Assembly (NCBI GenBank): GCA_963833705.1
Contig: CAWHYQ010000002.1
Span: 398,266 to 462,265 of the forward strand
Length of the DNA stretch: 64,000 nucleotides
Direction: 5' to 3'
Source of the DNA: an uncultured Chloroflexia bacterium
GTDB lineage: Bacteria > Chloroflexota > Limnocylindria > Limnocylindrales > CSP1-4
In this document: one piece after another, positions 41,585 to 51,631 of the stretch
Layout of the letters: every line of letters starts with the position of its first letter
How positions within the stretch are numbered: position 1 is the first letter of the stretch
Program-made: the position numbers and the translations under genes
The notes under the pieces: model-generated
Told to the model about the DNA's origin: nothing
The model's database searches: none
What the model saw: only the letters and a program-made list of their open reading frames with translations

Positions 41585-41853
41585 GCACGGTCCGCATCCC
41601 GCCCACGCTCAGGGTCGCGACCGGCGGGGCGAAGCAGGTCGAGGTGCCAGGCGGCACGGTCCGCGAGGTGGTGACCGGTCTGGTCGCGGCCTATCCGGCC
41701 CTCGAGTCGCAACTCCTCGCGCCCGACGGGGACCTCAACCGGTTCGTCAACGCGTTCCTGAACGACACGGACGTCCGCCACCTCCAGGCGCTCGACACGC
41801 CCGTCGGCGAGACCGACACCCTCGTCCTCCTGCCGGCGATGGCCGGCGGCTGA
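41581..41853 (+). CDS. MoaD/ThiS-family sulfur-carrier protein ending in Gly-Gly
   Basis: ATG at 41581 overlaps the ThrC-like stop (ATGA). The 90-aa protein is MSTVRIPPTLRVATGGAKQVEVPGGTVREVVTGLVAAYPALESQLL...TDTLVLLPAMAGG. It shows the beta-grasp carrier pattern with a C-terminal GG. Confidence 0.75.
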   Translation: MSTVRIPPTLRVATGGAKQVEVPGGTVREVVTGLVAAYPALESQLLAPDGDLNRFVNAFLNDTDVRHLQALDTPVGETDTLVLLPAMAGG

Positions 41854-42015
41854 CCGACCCCGCGACTGAAACCGTTCGGGGCTAAAGGGCCGCGTCCCCA
41901 GGAATGAAGGGTGCGCCGGGTCGAGAATCACGGCTTTGGTCGATGGCCGGCGAGCGGCCGGCGGCCACCCTGTCGTCAGACGGCCGGAACGGCCGGCGAG
42001 CAGAGGGGGCGACCG

Positions 42016-42213
42016 ATGTCAGCCGCGAAGAGCATGTTCTTCTTGATCAACCACAACCAGGACCGATGGTGGCTCGATGACGACCCGCATCGCCTGCCAT
42101 ACGCCAAGGTCGACGCACCGCCGCTCCCGGACGAACCGCAGCGGGAACGATCGTCGTACGTGAACCGGCTCGCCTTCCGGCTTCGGATCACCATCCGCCC
42201 GTCGGCCGGCTGA
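42016..42213 (+). CDS. small hypothetical protein (65 aa)
   Basis: ATG at 42016 is preceded by GAGGGGG. Third-position GC is high (about 80 %), as in neighbouring genes. There is no recognisable family. Confidence 0.4.
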   Translation: MSAAKSMFFLINHNQDRWWLDDDPHRLPYAKVDAPPLPDEPQRERSSYVNRLAFRLRITIRPSAG

Positions 42214-42216
42214 CCG

Positions 42217-42540
42217 TCAGTCGGTGTGGAAGACCTCGGGCAGGGTCAGCCACCAGGCCCCGGGCGGGCGCTCCGGATACGGATCCTGCATCGCATCGGT
42301 CTGGCTCCACCACGACTGGATGACCGGGTCCGCGGCCATCGCCGCCATGTCCCGGTCGAAGTCGTCGCCGACGTACTCGAAATACGCGAAGAGCTGCTCG
42401 CCGTGCCGATAGATCGAGTAGTTACGGATGTTGGCCGCCTCGATGGCGGCGAGGACGCCCGGCCAGGTTTCGGCGTGGAGGCGCTCGTAGGCGTCGATCG
42501 ACTCGGGCCGAACCCGGATGACCTGTCCGAACCGGCTCAC
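42217..42540 (-). CDS. rhaM: L-rhamnose mutarotase-family protein
   Basis: GTG at 42540 (GTGA overlap with the upstream gene). [56 protein letters not shown]...MQ matches the RhaM family. Confidence 0.85.
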   Translation of the reverse strand: MSRFGQVIRVRPESIDAYERLHAETWPGVLAAIEAANIRNYSIYRHGEQLFAYFEYVGDDFDRDMAAMAADPVIQSWWSQTDAMQDPYPERPPGAWWLTLPEVFHTD

Positions 42541-43832
42541 GACCACGCGGAACCGCCCGGATAGCGGTATCGGGCGATGGACGCCGGCCGCATCGTGGCG
42601 CTGTAGCCGGGCGCGGTCGGCAGCACGTATCGCCCATCGCGGATGACCACCGGGTCCACGAAATGCTCGTGCAGGTGGTCGACATACTCGATCATCCGCC
42701 CGTCCAGCCGCCCGCTCACGGCGATGTAGTCGAAGGCGGACAGGTGCTGCACGAGCTCGCACAGGCCGACTCCGCCGGCGTGCGGACAGACCGTCACGCC
42801 GAACCGCGCCGCCAGCAGCAGGACTGCGACGACCTCGTTGACGCCACCGAGCCGGCAGGCGTCGATCTGGCAGATGCTCAGTGCATCGGCCGCCAGGAAC
42901 TGCTTGAACATGATCCGGTTATGGACGTGCTCGCCGGTGGCGACCCGGATGGGCGCCACGGCCCGGGCGATCGCCGCGTGACCGAGGATGTCGTCGGGGC
43001 TCGTGGGCTCCTCGATCCAGTACGGGTCGAACGGTGCGAGATGGGTCATCCACTCGATGGCCGTGTCGACATCCCAGCGCTGGTTGGCGTCGACCGCGAG
43101 CATGTGCTCCGGCCCGATCTCGTCGCGGATGATCCGGATCCGTCGGACGTCGTCGTCGACGTCGGCCCCGACCTTCATCTTGAACCGCGTCCAGCCCTCG
43201 GCCAGCGCCTCGCGACAGAGCCGCCGGATCTTGTCGTCGTCGTAGCCCAGCCAGCCGACCGAGGTCGTGTAGGCGGGATACCCGTCACGCAGCAGCTCCG
43301 CCTCGCGTTCGCCTCGACCTGCCACGTTCCGCTCGAGGAGTACGAGCGCGGCGTCCGGGGTCAGGGCGTCGGTGAGGTAGCGGAAGTCGACGAGGCTCAC
43401 GATCTCCGCCGGCGACATGTCGCTCAGGAGCTTCCAGACGGGCACCCCGGCCCGCTTGGCGACCAGATCCCAGGCGGCGTTGACGACGGCCGCCGTCGCG
43501 AGGTGGATGACGCCCTTCTCCGGCCCGATCCAGCGCAGCTGGCTGTCGCCGACCAGGTCCCGCCAGAACCCGCCGAGGTCCGCCGCGAGGCCATCGACGG
43601 ACCGCCCCAAGACGAGTGGACGAAGCGCCTCGACCGCGGCCACCACGATCTCCGTCCCGCGGCCGATCGTGAACGTGAGGCCGTGGCCCTCGTGCCCGTC
43701 GTCCGCGTCGGTGCGCAGGACGACGTACGCGGCGGAGTAGTCCGGGTCCGGGTTCATCGCATCGGATCCGTCGAGCGTCCGCGACGTCGGGAAGCGGATG
43801 TCGACGACATCGAGCCCCGTGATGGTCGGCAT
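42537..43832 (-). CDS. L-fuconate dehydratase-type enolase-superfamily enzyme
   Basis: ATG at 43832 inside ORF 42537..44144. It has [17 protein letters not shown]..., [18 protein letters not shown] and [10 protein letters not shown]. Confidence 0.85.
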   Translation of the reverse strand: MPTITGLDVVDIRFPTSRTLDGSDAMNPDPDYSAAYVVLRTDADDGHEGHGLTFTIGRGTEIVVAAVEALRPLVLGRSVDGLAADLGGFWRDLVGDSQLRWIGPEKGVIHLATAAVVNAAWDLVAKRAGVPVWKLLSDMSPAEIVSLVDFRYLTDALTPDAALVLLERNVAGRGEREAELLRDGYPAYTTSVGWLGYDDDKIRRLCREALAEGWTRFKMKVGADVDDDVRRIRIIRDEIGPEHMLAVDANQRWDVDTAIEWMTHLAPFDPYWIEEPTSPDDILGHAAIARAVAPIRVATGEHVHNRIMFKQFLAADALSICQIDACRLGGVNEVVAVLLLAARFGVTVCPHAGGVGLCELVQHLSAFDYIAVSGRLDGRMIEYVDHLHEHFVDPVVIRDGRYVLPTAPGYSATMRPASIARYRYPGGSAWS

Positions 43833-43834
43833 GG

Positions 43835-44812
43835 TCAGCCCTTGAGCGCGCCGACCAGGATGCCGCGCGTGATGTAGCGCTCGAGCAGGATCGCCATGAC
43901 CACGACCGGCGTGATCATGATCAGGATCAGGACGGACATCGCCCACCACTGCGGGCCGCGTGTCGCGTTCTGGGCGGCGACCTGGAGCGGCATCGTCTGG
44001 GCAGTTCGCGCTGGTCAGCACGAGGGCGATGAGGAACTCGTTCCAGGCGAAGATCAGCACGATCAGGAACGTCGCGACGAGGCCCGGCACCGAGATCGGC
44101 AGCACGATCGAGCGGACGATCCGGTAGACCGACGCGCCGTCCACCGACGGCCGACTCCTCGAGCTCGATCGGCAGCGCCGCGAAGTAGTCGCGCATCAGC
44201 CAGACGACGATGGGCAGGTTGGTCGCGACGTAGGTGATGACCAGCGCGGCGAGGCTGTCGAGCAGGCCGATCTGCTGGAACAGCACGTACATCGGGATGA
44301 CCACCGCGATCGGCGGCAGGATCCGCTGCGAGATCATCCAGAACGCGATGTCGCTGTTGCCGAGGGCGCGCTTGAACCGTCGCCCGATCGTCTGGGCGAG
44401 GATGACGAAGACGCCCAGCGCCGCGGCGCCGGCGATCGGCAACGGCGCACCCAGACGCCATCGCGACCAGCGTGAAGGCGAGGCAGCCGATGAACAGGCC
44501 GATGATCCCGAACCGTGGGCTGTACGTGAAGCGCACCAGCGCGTAGGCCGCGAACGACCCGAGGACGAGCGCGATGACCGCGCTCGACGATGCCGACGAT
44601 CACGGTGTTGACGTACGGTCGCAGCGTGTCGTTGCCCGAGCTCGACGAGGATGTAGCGCCAGGCGTCGAGGGTCGGCTGGAAGTCGACGAAGGGGATGTA
44701 GAACGGTCCCTTGTCCACCTGGTACGGCCGTCTTGAACGAGGTGACGACGAGCCAGTAGATCGGCAGCAGGACGACGAGCGCCCAGCCGCACAGGAGCGC
44801 GAACGCGCCCGA
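43835..44812 (-). pseudogene. carbohydrate ABC transporter permease (MalG-like), multiple frameshifts
   Basis: Coherent peptide pieces are scattered over all three minus frames. They include GAFALLCGWALVVLLPIYWLVVTSFKTA, VDKGPFYIPFVDFQPTLDAWRYILVELG, NDTLRPYVNTVIVGIV and RFTYSPRFGIIGLFIGCLAFTLVAM. Further pieces are [113 protein letters not shown] and a tail ending ...GALKG with the stop at 43835. There are at least 5 breaks, and the 5' boundary is approximate. Confidence 0.7.
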
Positions 44813-44818
44813 GCTTGG

Positions 44819-46083
44819 CTAGCGGGTGCAGTCGAGCGGCGACCGGCGCCGGAACGGGTTCCTCACGAGCGTCGCGGCGCGCCCGTGCTCACGTCGCCGC
44901 TCCGCGTCGCGGGCGAGGCTGACGTACGCGGTCGCGACGAGGGTGACGACGATCAGCAGCAGGTAGGCCACCGCCGCCGATCTGCCGAGGTTGAGCGAGT
45001 TCCAGTCGATGTAGGCCTGGAGCGACATCGACTGGGTCGCCGTGCCCGGACCGCCGCCGAGCAGGATGTTGGGCATGTCGATGATCTTGAAGCCCTCGAT
45101 GAGCCGGATGAGCACGATCGTCGTCACGACCGGCAGGATGGCCGGGAGCGTGATGTTGAGGAAGCTCTGCCAGCGGCTGGCGCCGTCGACGACCGCGGCC
45201 TCGCGCACCTCCTGGTCGAGGCTCTCGAGCGCCGCCAGCAGGACGATGAACACGAACGGCGTCCACTGCCACGTGTCGCCGATGATGACGGCGACGCGTG
45301 CCGCCCACGGATCGGTCACCCACGAGAAGTTGCGCAGTCCGAGGCCGACCCAGAGCGGCTCGAGCGGCCCCTTGGACGTGTCGGTCATCATCAGGAACAT
45401 GTAGCCGACGCCGACCGGGGTGATCGTCAGCGGGAATCAGGAAGGCGACCCGGAAGAAGCGCCGCACAGGGACCGCCTGGACGCACAGGATCGCGAGTCC
45501 GAGGCCGAGCAGCGAGCTGCACGCCGATCCCGGCGAACACGAAGATCATCGTGACGATCAGGGCGCCGGGCCGCCCGCCGCTGCTGGCCAGCGCCCCCAC
45601 GAGCAGCCACAGGAAGCCGACGAATACGATCCCGGCCATCAGCCGGAGGGCCAGACCGAACGGCCCGAACCGCCCGCCGCGGACGGCCCGTGTGAACGCC
45701 CAGACCGTGCCGCCGATCCCGACCGACGAGGATCAGCCAGCCGAGCGGGGACGGCGTCTTCAGGACGCCCGAGGAAGTGGCTCTGTTCGGTGCCGAACAG
45801 CAGCTGGTAGTAGTTCGAGAGGCCGATGAACGTGAGGTCGACGCCGCCCTTGCGGAAGACCAGCTTCGAGACGGACAGCGCGACCGATGCGACGAGCGGG
45901 AAGATCGACAGGAACAGGATGACGATGACGGTCGGCCAGATGAAGACCCAGCGGGCCGCGCCGTCCGAACGCCACGCGCCGAGGGTGTCGACCGCTCGGC
46001 GCGTGGCCCGGGCTGTCGAGGGCCGGTCCGTCCTGGACCGGCCCTCCGGGCTCGGTGTCGATGACGTTATCGCTGGACGCCAA
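44819..46083 (-). pseudogene. carbohydrate ABC transporter permease (MalF-like), multiple frameshifts
   Basis: The pieces are ARWVFIWPTVIVILFLSIFPLVASVALSVSKLVFRKGGVDLTFIGLSNYYQLLFGTEQSHFLG, VLKTPSPLGWLILV, LMAGIVFVGFLWLLVGALASSGGRPGALIVTMIFVFAGIGV and AFLIP/LTITPVGVGYMFLMMTDTSKGPLEPLW...DGASRWQSFLNITLPAILPVV.... There are at least 3-4 breaks, and both boundaries are approximate. Confidence 0.7.
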
Positions 46084-47665
46084 GGCTGGCGACGTAGGCA
46101 GCGAGTTGCTTGTCCTTGCCGGCCTCGTTGGTGATCCCGTTCCAGCCATCGGCGATCGCCTGTTCGGTGCCGGCCTCGTCGAGCTCGCCGGCGAGGTACT
46201 GGGCGACGGCGGTGTCGAGGACGTCCTGTTCGTAGCGCTTGGTCAGCGGGATGCGCAGATCGAGCACCATGTTGGGACTCTGGAGGCTGTTCTTGATGGC
46301 GTCAAGGTAGTTGGTCGCTGCGGCTTCGCTGAGTCCGGCGGCCTCCCACGGCGCGAGGTCTGCTGAAGTGTGAGGTGCGATACGGGTTGTAGCCGGTCTT
46401 GCCGAGGGTCACGTCCGTCTCGGATTGCGCCGGCGCGCTCATGTACGAGAGGAAGGCGTAGGCGGCGTCCTGCTGCGGCTTGCGGCGCGGCCGCGTTGAC
46501 CGCCCCGGACCAGCCGCCGAACGAGGCGAACGGAGCGTAGTTGACGCCGTCGACCGCCTTGGGGCAGGTCGTCGCGTCGCACGGCGACGAGCTTGCCGGT
46601 CGTGCGATCGAGGACCTCCTTCCAGCCCGGGGTGATGGTCGCGCCGGTCTTGTCCTGCGCGTAGGTGCCGGGCGCCAGCGTGCCGATGTCGCCCCAGTCC
46701 ATGGTCAGGGCGCAGCGACCGGTCGTGAACAGGCCGCGGCTGCCGCCGACGTCCATGTTCAGCTCGTCGGGCGGACCGACTGTCCTTCGTGGCCTTGTAC
46801 AGCTGGAGGGCCTTGGTCATGGCCTCGTTCGGGCCGAACAGCGGCGTCATGTCCTTCGTGTCGAAGAAGGCGCCCTGGTTCGTGCCCTGGCTCTGGAGCA
46901 GGCCGGCGGCGATCGAGATGATCCACCAGTAGCTCTGGGCGCCCTTCTTCTTGGCGATGCACGAGCCGTAGTCGGGCTCGCCGTCGCCGTTGAGGTCCTG
47001 GCCCTGGTACTTCTTCGCGATGGTCAGGTAGTCGTCCCATGTCGCCGGCGGCTTGAGGCCGTCCTTGGTCAGGAGGTCGCTGCGGTAATAGACCATGTGG
47101 AAGTCACCGTCGAGCGGGATGGTGTAGACCTTGCCGTCATAGGTCGCGTTGAAATCGCGGAAGAACGGACCGATGTCCTGCCACTTGAGGCTCGCGTCGT
47201 CGTTGACCTTGTCGGTCAGGTCGAGCAGGTAGCCCGGGCCGACGAAGTCGCCAAGCCACTGCGGATTGAAGACGTACGCGTCGAAGCTGTTCGTCGCCGA
47301 TGCCGCGTCGAGCAGCGCCTTGTCGTAGATCGTCTGGAACCCGACGGCGATGACGTTGACGTGCGCGCCGGTGAGCTTCTCGAAATCGGGGGCGCGCCGC
47401 TGGAGCGGCTCGGCGACCTGCGGACCGTTGAAGGTGAGCAGGTTGACGTTGATTCCCTTGAACGCCTGGGACGGCGGCCGGCGTCGGAGCCGCCGCTGCG
47501 GATGCCGAGGCGGCCGCCGTCGCAGCCGGCGGATGGCGTAGCCTGCCGGCGGCGGGCGCTGGGTGGCGTACTCGCGGCGGGCGACGGGCTCGTTGTTGCC
47601 GAGCCACAACCCGCCATCACGAGTATCAAGCCAACCACTGGCGCGATGGATCTGAACCGCGACAC
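46067..47665 (-). pseudogene. carbohydrate ABC transporter substrate-binding lipoprotein, multiple frameshifts
   Basis: GTG at 47665 follows GGAGGAGGA. The lipobox is VGLILVMAGCGS. The long middle piece is in ORF 46302..47708 (FKGINVNLLTFNGPQVAEPL...DGEPDYGSCIAKKKGAQSYWWIISIAAGLLQSQG...). A further piece is in ORF 46439..46756 (GRCALTMDWGDIGTLAPGTYAQDKTGATITPGWKEVLDRTTGKLV). The C-terminus is in ORF 46067..46270. There are at least 5 breaks. Confidence 0.75.
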
Positions 47666-47811
47666 TGGTGGTCCTCCTCCTCTTGACCTCGCCAGGCCCG
47701 TCCAGCATACTGAACGACTGGCGGTAGGTTGAACAGGATACGGACCGGAGCCGCCAAAGTCAATATGTTGTACGCAGTCCATCCTGCTGTCCGCTCGTTC
47801 GGACCGTTCGG

Positions 47812-48679
47812 ATGACCGTGGTGGAGGTCCGGCGGATGGCCGCTCGCGAGACGCCGATCGAAACCGAGCCGACGGCCGGCACCATCCGGTCGGGTGACGA
47901 CGCCGGTCGCGACGCGGAGTCGCTGACGCCCGCCGTCACCCGCGCCGCACTCATCCTGGACGTCCTGGCCGAGAGCGGTGGCGACCCGGTGGGTCCGAGC
48001 GAGCTGGCTCGACGGCTCGGGCTTGCCCAAGTCGTCCATCGCCAACATCTGCGGTGCGCTGGCCGACGCCGGGCTCGTCCGGCGCGTGTCAACGGGCTTC
48101 GCGCTCGGCCGCCGTCTCGCCGAGCTGGGCGGCGCCTACCTCGCGACGGTCGACCAGGTCCAGGAGTTCTACGAGGCATCGCGCAACCTGCCGGCGGGCT
48201 CGGAAGAGACGGTCCAGTTCGCGGTCCTCGACGGGTTGGAGGTCACCTATCTCGCCCGACACGACGGACGCCAGCCCGTGCAGCTGACCTCGGGGATCGG
48301 CCGCCGGCTGCCGGCCTTCTCGACGGCGACCGGCAAGGCGGCGCTCGCATCGCTGCCGTCCGAGGAGCTGGGACGTCGGCTGGCCGGCCTGACGACGCTG
48401 CCGCGGGCCACGCGGAAGGCACATGCCACGGTCGACGAGCTGCTGGCGGACCTCGAGGAGATCCGACTGCGCGGGTATGCGATCGATGACGAGCAGACCA
48501 TGGAAGGCGTCGTCTGCTACGGCGTCATGGTCCCGAGCCGGCAACCCGGCGGCGAAGGCCCATGTGGGGCGAGCATCACGCTGCTCAAGGTCCGGGCCAC
48601 GGCCGAACGGGTACCCGCCCTCATCGCCGACCTGCACTGGCTCGCCGCGGAGCTATCCGACCCCATCCGGCGCGACTGA
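47812..48679 (+). pseudogene. IclR-family transcriptional regulator, one frameshift
   Basis: The N-terminal wHTH start (VTRAALILDVLAESGGDPVGPSELARRLGL) is in ORF 47812..48489. It continues as PKSSIANICGALADAGLVRRV... plus the effector domain in ORF 47978..48679. There is one extra base at about 48025. Confidence 0.8.
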
Positions 48680-49537
48680 GATCGCGTAGGCCCGTTCGGC
48701 GGCCCCGCCGAAGATGGCCCCCCGCTCGTCCGGTGACAAGGCGCTGGTGAGCTCGCGGGCGGCCGCCACGACCTCGCCATACGACGCGGCGAGCCGGCAC
48801 ACCGGCCAGTCCGACCCGAAGATCAGGCGCGACGGCCCGAAGACCTCCAGGGCGATCTCCACCGCCGGCGCGAGGTCGGCCACACGCCACGACCCCCAGT
48901 CGGCCTCCGTGACGAGACCCGACAGCTTGCACCAGACATGGTCCAGCGCCCCGAACGGCCGGAGCCGGGCCGCCCACGACTCGAGGTCGCCCGAGCGGAT
49001 CGGCGGCTTGGCCAGGTGGTCGATCACGAAGCGGGTCTCGGGCTGCCCCCGGGCGACGGTCAGCGCGGCTGGCAGCTCGCGGGCTCGGACCAACAGGTCG
49101 AACGTGAGCGAGGCCCGTTCCACGACGAGGAGGCCGCGGCGGACGTCAGGCCGGAGCAACCACGAAGGATCGGGTTCGTCGTGGACCTGGTGGCGGATCC
49201 CGATGAACCGATCGCCGCCTGGGCCCGAGCGGATGGCCTCGATCGCGCCCGCGACGGCGACGTCGGTCAGGTCGGCCCAGCCGACGACGCCGGCGATGAA
49301 CTCGGTGGCCGCCGCGGTCGCGAGGAAGTCGCGGGTCTCGTCCGTGCTGGAGATGGTCTGCACGAGGACGGTCCGGTCGACGCCGGCCCTGCGGAGCTCG
49401 GGCGCCAGGTCGTCGGGGCCCCATGGCCGGTCGATCGCCGCGAGCGCCGGGGTCAGCCACGGATAGTCGACACGCCCGGGATCCAGGAAGTGGTGGTGCG
49501 CATCGAGGCGAATGCGCTCGGGTGGTTCTGCGGCCAT
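48653..49537 (-). CDS. amidohydrolase-2 family protein (L-fucono/rhamnono-lactonase type)
   Basis: ATG at 49537 inside ORF 48653..49588. It has IRLDAHHHFLDP, VIDHLAKPP, CKLSGLVTEA and IFGSDWPV. It overlaps the 3' end of the convergent IclR gene by 27 bp. Confidence 0.8.
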   Translation of the reverse strand: MAAEPPERIRLDAHHHFLDPGRVDYPWLTPALAAIDRPWGPDDLAPELRRAGVDRTVLVQTISSTDETRDFLATAAATEFIAGVVGWADLTDVAVAGAIEAIRSGPGGDRFIGIRHQVHDEPDPSWLLRPDVRRGLLVVERASLTFDLLVRARELPAALTVARGQPETRFVIDHLAKPPIRSGDLESWAARLRPFGALDHVWCKLSGLVTEADWGSWRVADLAPAVEIALEVFGPSRLIFGSDWPVCRLAASYGEVVAAARELTSALSPDERGAIFGGAAERAYAISVAPDGVG

Positions 49538-49704
49538 CGCGGCGTCCCCTGGTCGGGTGGATCGGACGCCAAGATTGACGCATCCCATCGGCGAAGGTAT
49601 CGTTCAATCGGTCGTCCACAGGTCAGTATACTGAACAAGGGGAGTCGGGTGGCGGTCGAGTCGTTCCAGAGGAGGCGCACGGCGCGCGCGGAGCGTCCTC
49701 GCCG

Positions 49705-50598
49705 ATGCGCCTGATGTCCTACCGCTCCCCCGCCGGCGTCGAGGCGCTCGGGGTCGCGACGCTCGACCGCTGGCTGCCCGCTGCGGAGGCATCGCCCCGA
49801 GGCCCGCGAACCATGGCCGAGCTGATCGACGGGGGTGCGCCCGTCCTCGACGCGCTCCGCGCCGCGGCCGAACCCGACCGCATCGACGCCGTCGGCCGTC
49901 CGCTCGACGACGTGGACTGGCTCGCGCCCGTGCGGCGACCGGGCAAGGTCGTGGGCATCGGTCGCAACTACCGCGAGCACATCGACGAGGAAGGCGCCGA
50001 GGCGCCCGGGGCCCCACTGGTCTTCAGCAAGTGGCCGAGCTGTGTGGTGGGGCATGAGGCCGACATCAGCTGGGATCCCGAACTCACCGCCCAGGTCGAC
50101 TACGAGGCCGAACTCGCGGTCGTCATCGGCCGGCGTGCGCGTCGGGTTACGGTGGACGACGCCCTCGACCACGTCCTTGGCTACACGTGTCTCAACGACG
50201 TGTCGGCGCGGGATCTCCAGTTCGGCGACGGGCAATGGGCACGCGGCAAGTCGCTCGACACGTTCTGTCCGATGGGCCCGGTCCTCGTGACCGCCGATGA
50301 GATCGCCGACCCGCAGGACCTCGACATCACCTGTCGGGTTGGCGACGAGGTCGTCCAGCAGGCGAACACGCGACTGATGTACTTCGGCGTGGCGGAGATC
50401 ATCAGCTACTGCTCCCAGTCCTTCAGCCTCGAGCCGGGGGACGTCATCGCAACCGGCACGCCTGGCGGCGTCGGCATCTTCCGGTCGCCACCGCTGCTCC
50501 TCCGCGGTGGCGACCGGGTCACCGTCGAGATCGAGCGGATCGGCCGTCTCGTCAACACCTGCCGCTACGAGAACGCCGCGGTGGCGGCGAGCGCATGA
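49705..50598 (+). CDS. fumarylacetoacetate hydrolase (FAH) family protein
   Basis: ORF 49705..50598 has GIGRNYREH, VDYEAELAVVIG, NDVSARDLQ and GDVIATGTPGGVG. Confidence 0.85.
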   Translation: MRLMSYRSPAGVEALGVATLDRWLPAAEASPRGPRTMAELIDGGAPVLDALRAAAEPDRIDAVGRPLDDVDWLAPVRRPGKVVGIGRNYREHIDEEGAEAPGAPLVFSKWPSCVVGHEADISWDPELTAQVDYEAELAVVIGRRARRVTVDDALDHVLGYTCLNDVSARDLQFGDGQWARGKSLDTFCPMGPVLVTADEIADPQDLDITCRVGDEVVQQANTRLMYFGVAEIISYCSQSFSLEPGDVIATGTPGGVGIFRSPPLLLRGGDRVTVEIERIGRLVNTCRYENAAVAASA

Positions 50599-51587
50599 GT
50601 CCCGCGCAGGAGCGGTTCCTCGTCACGGGCGCCCTTGGTTGTATCGGCGCCTGGACGGTCCGCACGCTGGTCGGGAACGGCGCCGACGTGACCGCGTTCG
50701 ATGTCGGACGGGATGCCCGGCGGCTGCGCCTGATCATGACTGACGCCGAGTTCGAACGGGTGCGGTTCGAGGTCGGCGACATCACCGAACTGGCGTCACT
50801 GGAACGCGTGCTCGACCAGTACGAGATCACGAATATCATCCACCTCGCGGCCCTCCAGGTCCCCTTCTGTCGAGCGGATCCACCGCTCGGCGCCCTGGTC
50901 AACGTGGTCGGCACGGTCAATGTGTTCGAGGCCGCCAGGCGCCGGGCCGACCGGATGGCGCCCGTCGTCTACACGAGCTCCATCGGCATCTATACGGCCG
51001 AGGACGCGGATCCCGTGACCGGCCGCCTGGCGACCAACGCGACCCAGCATCCACCCAACCATTACGGCGTCTACAAGCAGGCGAACGAGGGCAACGCGCG
51101 GATCTACTGGCTGGAGAACGGCCTGTCGACCATCGGCCTCCGCCCGATGACCGTCTACGGCGTGGGTCGCGACCAGGGCATGACCAGTGGCCCGACGAAG
51201 GCGATCGTCGCCGCGGTCCTGGGCCAGCCGTACGAGGTGTCGTTCCGCGGGGCCACCCTGTACCAGTACGCAGGCGATGTGGCCGAGAACCTGATCGCCG
51301 CGAGCCGGAGCACGCTCGTCGGCGCGCACGTCTTCAATCTCCCGGGCGAGGTCGCCGACGGTGCGGCCCTGACCGCGGCCATCGAAGCGGCGGTCCCGGG
51401 TGCGTCGAGCCTTATCGGCTTCGCCTCGACCGAGCTGCCGTTCCCGAGCGAGATCGACCACGATGGCCTCGAGGCCATCGACCCACCCGGGGTCACGCCG
51501 CTCGCCGCGGGTGTCGAGGCGAGCGTCGAGATCTACCGGGCGCTGGCGCGGGACGGCCGCCTGGTCGCCGCCGACCACGGGCTCTAG
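50595..51587 (+). CDS. NAD-dependent epimerase/dehydratase-family (extended SDR) protein
   Basis: ORF 50595..51587 overlaps the FAH gene by ATGA. It has VTGALGCIGAWTVRTL (Rossmann) and YGVYKQANE (YxxxK). Confidence 0.8.
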   Translation: MSPAQERFLVTGALGCIGAWTVRTLVGNGADVTAFDVGRDARRLRLIMTDAEFERVRFEVGDITELASLERVLDQYEITNIIHLAALQVPFCRADPPLGALVNVVGTVNVFEAARRRADRMAPVVYTSSIGIYTAEDADPVTGRLATNATQHPPNHYGVYKQANEGNARIYWLENGLSTIGLRPMTVYGVGRDQGMTSGPTKAIVAAVLGQPYEVSFRGATLYQYAGDVAENLIAASRSTLVGAHVFNLPGEVADGAALTAAIEAAVPGASSLIGFASTELPFPSEIDHDGLEAIDPPGVTPLAAGVEASVEIYRALARDGRLVAADHGL

Positions 51588-51631
51588 GCGACCCCGCCCG
51601 AAGAGGCGCGGCCGGCGCGTTCCCGCCTCGA

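Noticed and set aside
41854-42015. Direct repeat GGCCGGCGAGC (about 41945 and about 41990) and a weak CCCCG/CGGGG hairpin after the carrier gene.
   Set aside because: These are short GC-rich repeats or stems of a size expected by chance at this base composition. There is no T-tract or other supporting signal.
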